Positions 9,431-17,310 of a stretch of 64,000 nucleotides of DNA are shown here, piece by piece. Position numbers and translations under genes: made by a program. This stretch comes from a virus, in IMG/VR virus record IMGVR_UViG_3300012347_000211, positions 32,001 to 96,000 of that record. One strand, written 5' to 3'. The stretch's first letter is position 1. Every line of letters begins with the position of its first letter. The notes beneath the pieces are model-generated. The model did no database searches. It had not been told where the DNA came from and saw only the letters and a list, made by a program, of their open reading frames with translations.

Positions 9431-10206
9431 AAATCACCTTTCATAACAATAAAACCCTTTTTCAGGATCCGTTTCTTTACAACTAAATTATCTGACAATT
9501 TGTTAAACTCTGCAACATGGTAAACTTGGTTAAAGTTTTGTGGTTGTTGCACACCAACAAATACAAGTTGCTGTGTTGACTTGGTCATGTTGTTTGATGT
9601 AGATACGCGGAAGCGATATCCAGGACGAGGAAACGTACTCTCTGCTGCTGCATCGATTGCGTTCTCTGGATCGCGTGCGTTAGGAACAATGCGCGTGTAT
9701 TGATTTGTCGTGGGGTCGAAGTGAAACACATACAAATACATCTGCGCATTCGGCTGGACAGCGAATGACAATTCATCACCAGAGATGAATGCAGTCTTAT
9801 TGAGTGTAGTATTGAAGTCGAATGCAGGATCGATCTTCTGCTTGCGTTCAGAGTCTTGTTTGACTGACGCTTTGATTCTCACGTAGCATGTCCAGTCTTG
9901 GACGACCTCTTCGCGGTCTGCTACTTTACTAATGAAGCCATTGTCTGCCTCGTTAGTGAATGTATGAGTGTCGCAACTTGCGTTTCCGCTAATGTCAGAG
10001 CATTGGGATGATTGCTCAGTAGCAAAAGTTTGGCCAAGTGCTGCTCTTACGATTAGCTGCTTGGCCTTTGACTCTGCATGTTGACATGCCTCGTACTGCG
10101 ACATACGAGGACTGAATCGATGCTCGCCAACAGCTTCATACATGCCGCCAGAATTAACAGCGGCCTGCATTGCAAGCGAGACAAGAGATGATGCTAATAG
10201 TTCCAT
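9427..10206 (-). CDS. Exported protein with LPP20/FlgT_N-like N-domain and DUF4384-like C-domain
   Basis: Hydrophobic N-terminus; 'GDELSFAV.PN..MYLYVF...RIVPN' DUF4384-like pattern. Confidence 0.6.
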   Translation of the reverse strand: MELLASSLVSLAMQAAVNSGGMYEAVGEHRFSPRMSQYEACQHAESKAKQLIVRAALGQTFATEQSSQCSDISGNASCDTHTFTNEADNGFISKVADREEVVQDWTCYVRIKASVKQDSERKQKIDPAFDFNTTLNKTAFISGDELSFAVQPNAQMYLYVFHFDPTTNQYTRIVPNARDPENAIDAAAESTFPRPGYRFRVSTSNNMTKSTQQLVFVGVQQPQNFNQVYHVAEFNKLSDNLVVKKRILKKGFIVMKGDL

Positions 10207-10212
10207 GAGTCC

Positions 10213-10242
10213 ATTATATGAACAAATGGATCATTAGGTCAA
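10213..10242 (-). promoter_or_regulatory. Sigma70-type promoter TTGACC-N18-TATAAT
   Basis: Minus strand TTGACCtaatgatccatttgttcaTATAATggactcATG. Confidence 0.75.
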
Positions 10243-10451
10243 CTAGTCTTTTTTGGTGGCTTTGGAGGAAAGTCTGGAAACGCTCCCCATGGCTGTTTCA
10301 ATTCGTCTGCGAGTTCTTCTGGAGGTCCAGAGTCGACCCACATCTTCGATAGCACAGTAGTGGCATTACCGCCAACAACCACATACCGACACAAGTATTC
10401 TTGGTAATCATAGGTTCCGTCTGGAACCCATGCAAATTGTTTGAATGCCAT
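10239..10451 (-). CDS. Hypothetical protein with Pro-rich C-terminus, coupled to queD
   Basis: ATG 10451 overlaps the queD stop (TAATG). Confidence 0.6.
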   Translation of the reverse strand: MAFKQFAWVPDGTYDYQEYLCRYVVVGGNATTVLSKMWVDSGPPEELADELKQPWGAFPDFPPKPPKKTS

Positions 10452-10954
10452 TATTCGAACAAGTCCTCGTTCCATTCACGGTGACCTTCGCGGTACGCCA
10501 TGTTTGCTTGTGTCTCACGAACTTCAACGCGGTAGCACCACAGACGGTCAGCTTCTGCAGGACCCCAGTAATCTGGAATGTATACGCCGTTGACAAATTT
10601 GTACAGCTGATCGGCAAGGCCTTCGCAACCAAGCTTCGGCAAGATAGTCAGCTTAGCCATTTTCTTCTCTTGCAGCTTCAAGTATGTGTCCAATTCTGGA
10701 TCATCTTCTGCCACCAACAATGTGTGGTCGAATTGGTCTTGCAATACGCCCTTCAATTCCTTCAGGCCACCATAATCAGCAGCCCAGTTACGAACGTCGA
10801 GATCGTTGGTGCCGAAGTAGAACTTCATGCTGAATGAATATCCATGAATCAGATTGCAATGAGAATCTGCACGCCACTGACGGTATGCTACTGGAAACGC
10901 ATCAACGTATTCCTTCGTGCTTGTGTATTTGTACTGGACTGTTGGTAGGCTCAT
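10451..10954 (-). CDS. queD: 6-carboxytetrahydropterin synthase (QueD/PTPS family)
   Basis: 'HCNLIHGY', 'DYGGLK', 'FDHTLL', 'CEGLA', 'EVRET..N.A' T-fold motifs; near queE. Confidence 0.85.
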   Translation of the reverse strand: MSLPTVQYKYTSTKEYVDAFPVAYRQWRADSHCNLIHGYSFSMKFYFGTNDLDVRNWAADYGGLKELKGVLQDQFDHTLLVAEDDPELDTYLKLQEKKMAKLTILPKLGCEGLADQLYKFVNGVYIPDYWGPAEADRLWCYRVEVRETQANMAYREGHREWNEDLFE

Positions 10955-11403
10955 CTTTTATCCTCGTGTTTCTGTAATTGTTTTTGATAGATTCTATCTC
11001 TCAATTCCGTCGTGCTGAAACTATGACGACGTGTGTTAAAGTAGCATTCGATTGGAAGGTCGGACCCCGTAAAGCTGCGGCCTTGGTATTCCTCGCCTAG
11101 TATTCTAATATCAATCGGGTAAGATTGCAACAGATCAAGTAGGTCTTTTTCGGTATCGTATACTACAACCTCGTCAACATACTTACACGCCTGTACCTGT
11201 GTCATCCGCTCGAATATAGATTGTACTGGCTTATTCTTCGTGTCTGGACGGTCTATGGTGGGGTCTGTTTGTATTCCGACGATCAGCCAGTCGCATAGTC
11301 CCTTTGCTTCTTTCAGCATCAGGACATGACCTGCATGGAACAGGTCAAATGTGCTGCAAGTGAACCCCACCTTCAATGTGAAGGGATGTTGTTTACTCAC
11401 CAC
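10951..11403 (-). CDS. HxGH nucleotidyltransferase (TagD glycerol-3-phosphate cytidylyltransferase/RfaE-II-like)
   Basis: 'TFDLFHAGH', 'LIVGIQTDP', 'KYVDEV', 'R.HSFSTTELR'. Confidence 0.85.
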   Translation of the reverse strand: MVSKQHPFTLKVGFTCSTFDLFHAGHVLMLKEAKGLCDWLIVGIQTDPTIDRPDTKNKPVQSIFERMTQVQACKYVDEVVVYDTEKDLLDLLQSYPIDIRILGEEYQGRSFTGSDLPIECYFNTRRHSFSTTELRDRIYQKQLQKHEDKR

Positions 11404-11839
11404 GTGTCTCCCACCAGAACGTCACCCATTCTGTGTTGTCATCTCGGTTGATTGTACGGCCGTAGTAATTTGGAGTAACACCTTGGCTGGTATTCCAAAT
11501 CATCGCAGCGATATCGAACGTACTGCGATCAACTGACCAGTCCTCAATCAACTCTGATATTGTCTTACCAGAGTCGAGGATGTCGTCGACTACCAGTACC
11601 TTCTTGCCGTCTCGAATATCTTCAGCAATATCCTGAGCAGACTCTTTCATTTGGTCTTGGTGATATGTCGACCACGACACACACTTCATCGGAATGTTCA
11701 GCTGGTGAGAAAGACAGACAGCAGGGATTGCACCGCCTCGAACGATCCCCACCACGTAATCATACTTCGCTCCAACGTAGTTGATCTCGTCAACAATCTT
11801 GTTGATGTCGGTGCGGAAGTCGTTATAGGCGTAGTACAT
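11393..11839 (-). CDS. Type I phosphoribosyltransferase (Gpt/purine PRTase-like)
   Basis: 'VVGIVRGGAIPA', PRPP loop 'VLVVDDILDSGKT', 'WVTFWWE'. Confidence 0.85.
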   Translation of the reverse strand: MYYAYNDFRTDINKIVDEINYVGAKYDYVVGIVRGGAIPAVCLSHQLNIPMKCVSWSTYHQDQMKESAQDIAEDIRDGKKVLVVDDILDSGKTISELIEDWSVDRSTFDIAAMIWNTSQGVTPNYYGRTINRDDNTEWVTFWWETRGE

Positions 11840-11840
11840 A

Positions 11841-12734
11841 TTATTTTCCAATTACGTTACCGAAAACGTAACAGTGGTTGCGAGTGGCTACATTGAACCC
11901 GCGCTTCATTGCTTCCATAGCGATGGTCGCAACCTGCTCATCTTCTTGTTGATCTTTCGTGGCACCAACTGGCATCACCCAGAGCTCCAACGGTGTGTCT
12001 GTTTGATCACGGATAGCTGCAACGGCTGCATCCAATTCATCCCAGCATGCTTGAGTGCCGTTGACAACAAACTTCAGCACGTGGCTGTGTCCAAGACCAA
12101 TGTAGCTAGCGATCACGTCTGGCTTCACTGCATCCTTTTCACCAGATACATTGAACAGCTTTGGCGACATTGCAAAGTGAATGTGTGTGCCGCGGAAGTT
12201 GCGGAACGTGAAGTCGATGAACGAAGGCAATGCTTTTTGAGTTGCATTGGTTTCAATCGTGATCGTCTTTGCGTTGTTGCCGCGTGCCTCGAACTCATCG
12301 ATGATTGAGATCATTGCCTTTTGCCACATCATTGGCTCACCGCCAGTGAAGCACAACATCGCGTCTTGCTTTGTTACTGGATGGACGAACTTGCCTTCTG
12401 GGTTAGAAGGATGCTTCATCTCGTCTTCCATCTTCTGGCAAATCTCTGCAGCAGTGTTGTCGTGGACGAGGTGCTTGTATTTGGTAGACCACGAGTACGA
12501 CGAATCGCAGCCATGCTTCCATACTGGCAAGTCTTCAAGACGAGTGATATTGGACACATCGAATGTTGCGTATGGCAATACGTATGTCTCTGGATTGGTA
12601 GGATCTTCCTGACCGAAGCCACTACACTCTAGGTTGCAACCATAGAAGCGCAGCCACACGCTCGGCTTGCCTGCATACAAAGCTTCGCCCTGGAAGCTAT
12701 AGAAAATTTCACTGTATCTGAATGTCTTACTCAT
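11841..12734 (-). CDS. queE: 7-carboxy-7-deazaguanine synthase (radical SAM)
   Basis: 'EIFYSFQGE', 'LRFYGCNLEC...GCDS', 'FTGGEP', 'IETNAT', 'SPKL', 'LKFVV'. Start moved to ATG 12734. Confidence 0.85.
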   Translation of the reverse strand: MSKTFRYSEIFYSFQGEALYAGKPSVWLRFYGCNLECSGFGQEDPTNPETYVLPYATFDVSNITRLEDLPVWKHGCDSSYSWSTKYKHLVHDNTAAEICQKMEDEMKHPSNPEGKFVHPVTKQDAMLCFTGGEPMMWQKAMISIIDEFEARGNNAKTITIETNATQKALPSFIDFTFRNFRGTHIHFAMSPKLFNVSGEKDAVKPDVIASYIGLGHSHVLKFVVNGTQACWDELDAAVAAIRDQTDTPLELWVMPVGATKDQQEDEQVATIAMEAMKRGFNVATRNHCYVFGNVIGK

Positions 12735-13269
12735 ACGAGACTCCATTAAATTGTTTGAACGCAATCTCACCACGCTTAGCGGCGCGCTGGATTTGTTTTT
12801 GTTGCTTGACTGCTTGCTCAAGGTGAATAGGGTTTGCCTGACGGCGATAGTCTACTCCGCGCAAGTGATCCATCTCATGTAAGAACCCTCTCGCTGTCAT
12901 CCCAGTGAACTTCTCGTTGTACATATCACCGTACACGTTCTGGAATCGAACTTTGATTAGCTTGTTGCGTTTGACTTTGACGAACAGATGAGGATGCGTG
13001 AGGCAGCTCTCTTCAAGAGTAACGACCTCCGATCCAACGTCGACTACACGAGGATTGAAACATACGAGCGGCTGCTCGGAGTATAAAGCAAAGACATTAT
13101 ACGGCAGACCACATTGGTTGGCCGAGAGGCCAAGCCCTTGGTAATGGTGCATCGTTTCAATTAGACTGTTTGCAAGCTCGATCGGGTCGCATGGAGGGTT
13201 CTTGAAATCAAACTCTTCCATCTTTTCTTTGAGCAGCGGATGGTCGGCTGATACTAATTCTAAGATCAT
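12727..13269 (-). CDS. def: Peptide deformylase
   Basis: 'GLGLSANQCG', 'EESCLT', 'LHEMDHLRG'. Confidence 0.9.
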   Translation of the reverse strand: MILELVSADHPLLKEKMEEFDFKNPPCDPIELANSLIETMHHYQGLGLSANQCGLPYNVFALYSEQPLVCFNPRVVDVGSEVVTLEESCLTHPHLFVKVKRNKLIKVRFQNVYGDMYNEKFTGMTARGFLHEMDHLRGVDYRRQANPIHLEQAVKQQKQIQRAAKRGEIAFKQFNGVSYE

Positions 13270-13505
13270 AGCAACTTCCCGCGTGCATTAACAGACTCAT
13301 CTGTCCAGCTCTTGCCACATGCGGCGCAGCGCTTATGCGTTCTGGTGGTGGAGTTGTTGGGGCCTTTGAATGTCAGGCCATTGTCGGTGACGACAGGAGG
13401 AGTGTACAACGAAGTTGTTTCGCCACCAATCACCTCAACCATACAATCATCACGGCCACAACCTGGGCCGCCATCTACGAATTCATTTAAAAATTGTTGT
13501 GTCAT
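13266..13505 (-). CDS. Small zinc-ribbon-like hypothetical protein
   Basis: 'CGRDDC' and 'CAACG' cysteine pairs; ATGA overlaps on both sides. Confidence 0.6.
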   Translation of the reverse strand: MTQQFLNEFVDGGPGCGRDDCMVEVIGGETTSLYTPPVVTDNGLTFKGPNNSTTRTHKRCAACGKSWTDESVNARGKLL

Positions 13506-15217
13506 TCCACTTTCCTCGAAAAATTCTTTACCTTCTCAAACCGAACCACGTGATCAAACTTGTCGATCATCTGATCGGTCTTGTGACTAATCACGATGAT
13601 GTTTGAATCGCCAACGATTCCCTGCATAATCTTAATCAATTCATCTCCGCCCTGTGTATCCAACGAACTGTCAAAGATCTCATCCATGATCAGCAGGTTA
13701 GTACTTGCACTGTTGCGCAACTTAGCAATTGTTCTCCAAGTAAACAACAGCGCCAAGTCAATTCGGCACTTCTCACCTTCACTGAAGCTCTCGTAGCTAA
13801 AGTCGTCACGGAAACGTGACTTGATCTTTTCCTCGAAGCTCTCGTTCAACTCAAAGCTAACGAAGAAGTCCATCGCTGCAAGGTATTTGTTGATCAGCTT
13901 ATTGATCACGGGTACGTACTGTTTGATGATCTTGGTTTTGATTCCACTATCTTTCAACAGCGCCGATGCAATCTCAAACGTCTGCTTATCCTTCAACAAT
14001 TCTTCCTTGCTGCTGATATGAGACTTCAGTGAAGCCTTGTGTTCAGCAATCGCTGCAGTATTAACATCGATCTGCGTCGTGTTCTTGTTGAGCGATGTGA
14101 TTTCAGATCGTAGATCAGCAATCGACGACTGTGATGCACGAATCTCTATCTTGGCTGACGTGATGTCCTGCCTAATAGCAGACATCTGTTGATTGACTGC
14201 TTGGATCTCTGCTTGTCGGGCGCGGACTTTATCTAGCTCTGCTTTTAGAAGCACTTCTCCCTGCTCAATGTCCGTGACATCAGCCTGGTTCTTACCAACG
14301 ATTGCTTGTTTGTGATCGTGTGCGATGCCTTGGCGACAGGTAGGACAGTCGTTGTTGTCATCAAAGAACTCATTGTCCTTAATGATCTTGCTCTTCTTTG
14401 TACTCAGTACGCGCTGGAAGTCAATCAGCTTATTGATCTTGGCAGTGACCTTGGGTTCGTCAGCAATAGACTCAGCCAACGTAGCCTGCTCAGCCTCAGC
14501 ATCCGCGATCGTCTGATTGTGTTGTTCGATCTTAGCTTCGATCGAGGCAATGCGGTCTTGCTTTTGCTTAATCAACTCATCGTTGTTTTGCTTCAGAGAC
14601 TCCACATGCTTCTTGTAGATTTCAATCTTATCAGCAACGGATGATATCGAATGATCGACGCTCAGAATGCTTGTCTTGTTTGTACTGATCTTGTCCTTGA
14701 GGATCGAATTCATTACAGAGAAGATCTGGATGTCCAGCAAGTCCTCAACAATCTCTCTACGGTTAGCAGCAGTCAGTTGCATGAACGGAACAAACGATGC
14801 GCTTCCCAACACAACAATCTGCGAGAATGATTTGTGGTTCAGTTTGAGGATCTGCGTCTCAAAGTATTCCTGATACTCTTTTGCATCAGCATTCTGATCG
14901 ATCAGATTGCCATCTACGTGGATCTCAAAGATGTTCGGCTTGATACCACGGCGGATGAGGTATTCTTTCTTACCGATCGAGAATTCAATCTCCACCAGCG
15001 TACCTTTGCCGTTCACTGTATTGATCAGCTGCGCTTTGTTGATCTTTCGGAACGGCTTATTGTATAGACCAAAGCACAGAGCGTCCAGGATAGTAGACTT
15101 GCCTGCACCATTTGATCCAACGATCAGCGTAGTCGCGTATTGGTTGAGCGCGATCTCAGTAAATGTATTACCCGAACTAAGGATGTTCTTGTATCGGATG
15201 GTCTTAAAAACTATCAA
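13502..15217 (-). CDS. gp46: Recombination endonuclease subunit, Rad50/SbcC-like (T4 gp46)
   Basis: Walker A 'GSNGAGKST', Zn hook 'CPTC', signature 'FSEGE', Walker B 'LLIMDEIFD', H-loop 'ISH'. Confidence 0.95.
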   Translation of the reverse strand: MIVFKTIRYKNILSSGNTFTEIALNQYATTLIVGSNGAGKSTILDALCFGLYNKPFRKINKAQLINTVNGKGTLVEIEFSIGKKEYLIRRGIKPNIFEIHVDGNLIDQNADAKEYQEYFETQILKLNHKSFSQIVVLGSASFVPFMQLTAANRREIVEDLLDIQIFSVMNSILKDKISTNKTSILSVDHSISSVADKIEIYKKHVESLKQNNDELIKQKQDRIASIEAKIEQHNQTIADAEAEQATLAESIADEPKVTAKINKLIDFQRVLSTKKSKIIKDNEFFDDNNDCPTCRQGIAHDHKQAIVGKNQADVTDIEQGEVLLKAELDKVRARQAEIQAVNQQMSAIRQDITSAKIEIRASQSSIADLRSEITSLNKNTTQIDVNTAAIAEHKASLKSHISSKEELLKDKQTFEIASALLKDSGIKTKIIKQYVPVINKLINKYLAAMDFFVSFELNESFEEKIKSRFRDDFSYESFSEGEKCRIDLALLFTWRTIAKLRNSASTNLLIMDEIFDSSLDTQGGDELIKIMQGIVGDSNIIVISHKTDQMIDKFDHVVRFEKVKNFSRKVE

Positions 15218-15220
15218 CTA

Positions 15221-16279
15221 TTACTCCATATTGACTGCATCATGGTACAGATTTCTCAACAAAGAGTCAAGACGGTTACGGTCTGTTTGAACATTCAGCT
15301 GGTCAACGTACTTACTCATAATCGTTAGTGTGTCCTCAGCCTGGTCGATGATCTCTTCATCACCCTCTAGACCGAGGTTAAAATGGTCTTCCACTACTTG
15401 GATGTCTGCTGCTCCGGCCTGCTCGAGTTTATCGATTAATACATCGAACCAAATGGGATTCTCACGGTTAGTTACGATCACCTTGACGTAAGTACCCTTA
15501 ACGTGACTGAAGTCTTCGTTGGTAATGTCCTCTACGGAGTCCAACTTAGTCTCGTCGTAGTGGATCTTATTGAACATCACGAACGGATTCGGAACAAACT
15601 CCATCTCCATTGTGTCAGTATCGAACACATGGAAACCTTTTTGATCGCCATAGTCAGACCAAGTCATTTCATATGGCGTACCGAGGTAGTTGATCTTGCC
15701 AACATTAGACCTGTGGTGGAAGTGTCCAGACAGAACAATCTTATCACCGAATATGGAAGTCTCCATACCATCTTCACAAACAGAACCACGGTACATCTCA
15801 AACCCCTTCAGTTCGAAGTGGCCGAGGATTACCTTTGCAGTTGTGTTCTTGATTGCTTCAGTGATTTCCTTTTCGTTCTCTGGACAGATCCAAGGAACGA
15901 GTAGCATCTTGCAATCTTCATAATCAATCTCGAGCGGACTGTTGACGATGTTGATGCTGTGGTATGGTTCAAGCAACAGATTGGGCGAATTAACGTCGTT
16001 CGTGTTCTTGTGATACGTGTCGTGGTTACCAACTAGCATGTTGGTATCGCAGTGTTGATTCAGAGGGTCAAAGAAGTACTCTCGTGCCTGCGAAAGAGAA
16101 ACGAAGTTGATATACTTGCGACGATCGAACACATCACCCATCTGGATGACATGCAGGATGTTGTTGTCTTTAAGATACGGAAAGAACACCTCAGTATAGA
16201 ACTTACGGAAGTGTTCGTGAAAGATTAAACTATCGTTCCGTGCTCCAAAGTGAGTATCTCCCAGAAGCGCAATTTTCAT
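15221..16279 (-). CDS. gp47: Recombination endonuclease subunit, Mre11/SbcD-like (T4 gp47)
   Basis: 'GDTHFG', 'GDVFD', 'GNHD', 'GHFH'; adjacent to gp46. Confidence 0.95.
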   Translation of the reverse strand: MKIALLGDTHFGARNDSLIFHEHFRKFYTEVFFPYLKDNNILHVIQMGDVFDRRKYINFVSLSQAREYFFDPLNQHCDTNMLVGNHDTYHKNTNDVNSPNLLLEPYHSINIVNSPLEIDYEDCKMLLVPWICPENEKEITEAIKNTTAKVILGHFELKGFEMYRGSVCEDGMETSIFGDKIVLSGHFHHRSNVGKINYLGTPYEMTWSDYGDQKGFHVFDTDTMEMEFVPNPFVMFNKIHYDETKLDSVEDITNEDFSHVKGTYVKVIVTNRENPIWFDVLIDKLEQAGAADIQVVEDHFNLGLEGDEEIIDQAEDTLTIMSKYVDQLNVQTDRNRLDSLLRNLYHDAVNME

Positions 16280-16288
16280 ATGTGAGTA

Positions 16289-16891
16289 TTAGGTAGTAGG
16301 ATTAGTACTATCTTCTGGCTCTTCAATTAATTCAACAGGAGCATCTTCTTCAATGAACTGATCGATCCCCTTCTTCTTGCTTTTCTTGCGCTTAACTTTT
16401 TGTTCATCCAGGCCATCTTCAAAGCTCTTGATGAAGTCGTACATATTGTCGTTCGTGATGTCGATCAACGATGATGCGATGTCTCTATCCTCGCCTTGGC
16501 TTTGTGTAACCAAGTCGTTGAAGATCATTGAGTTCTCAAGCGTCTTGTGTTTGATATACAACTGCTTCTTTTCCTTCTGAATCCTACGAAGGAAAGCGTA
16601 GTAGATGATTTGTGTGAAGTATGCGAACGGGTTGTCTGATTTCAGCGGATCGAAGTTGTCGATGTAGCAAATGCAGTTCTCGATACCGTCGCTGACCATC
16701 TCTTCACGGAAAGGATAGTTGACGAAGTTTGGCTTCGTTGATAATCGGTTTGCAATTAGCAGAACACATTCACCGATGTACTCTGGAATCTTTGGCTTGG
16801 GTGTGGAGTTCTTCTTTGATTCCAGCACGCCTGTTCTATACTCTACGATACAGGCATACAGCTGCTTATTGTCAACATAATGTACGGTCAT
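16289..16891 (-). CDS. gp55: Late-transcription sigma factor (T4 gp55)
   Basis: 'HYVDNK', 'IANRLS.KPNF.NY', 'DGIENC', 'NPFAYFTQIIYYAFLRRIQKEKKQ'. Confidence 0.95.
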   Translation of the reverse strand: MTVHYVDNKQLYACIVEYRTGVLESKKNSTPKPKIPEYIGECVLLIANRLSTKPNFVNYPFREEMVSDGIENCICYIDNFDPLKSDNPFAYFTQIIYYAFLRRIQKEKKQLYIKHKTLENSMIFNDLVTQSQGEDRDIASSLIDITNDNMYDFIKSFEDGLDEQKVKRKKSKKKGIDQFIEEDAPVELIEEPEDSTNPTT

Positions 16892-16902
16892 TCTCAATCC
16901 TC

Positions 16903-17307
16903 TTATTGTAATGGGCCACTCGGCTCAATCTTCTTCAGTAGCTCAGCATATGTCTCATTCAAGTCTACTGGGTCCATCTCTTCAATGTCGTCGGTAGACG
17001 ATCGCTTCATCTCTTGGTCTATCCTTAGGTCAAGATCGTAGATGTATGACTCCATTGTGTACTCGTAGTATTGAGCAACAGAATCTCTTGCCCTGACTAC
17101 TTCTAATACATCCTTGGTGTCAAACATGAATGTTGGGTCTGCTGCGAACGGCATGAACCTGCTCATACTGACAGAAGGTGCGGACTGTCCCGCAACCATT
17201 CTGTAGTGAATCTGAAGTGGGTCCTGAACGATGATATACTTGGCTGTCTTCTCGACCACCACAGCTAGCATCTCAGTACCTTCCTTCAATCTGAGTAATG
17301 AAATCAA
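16903..17307 (-). CDS. Hypothetical protein between uvsW and gp55 (possibly Sm-like)
   Basis: 'LRLKEGTEMLA...QDPLQI...MPFA' beta-rich pattern and position typical of T4-like phages. Confidence 0.6.
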   Translation of the reverse strand: MISLLRLKEGTEMLAVVVEKTAKYIIVQDPLQIHYRMVAGQSAPSVSMSRFMPFAADPTFMFDTKDVLEVVRARDSVAQYYEYTMESYIYDLDLRIDQEMKRSSTDDIEEMDPVDLNETYAELLKKIEPSGPLQ

Positions 17308-17310
17308 TGA

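Noticed and set aside
12735-12821. N-terminal ORF extensions of queE (also of the HAD gene, uvsW and uvsY)
   Set aside because: They overlap upstream genes; downstream ATGs give coupled starts and family-typical N-termini.
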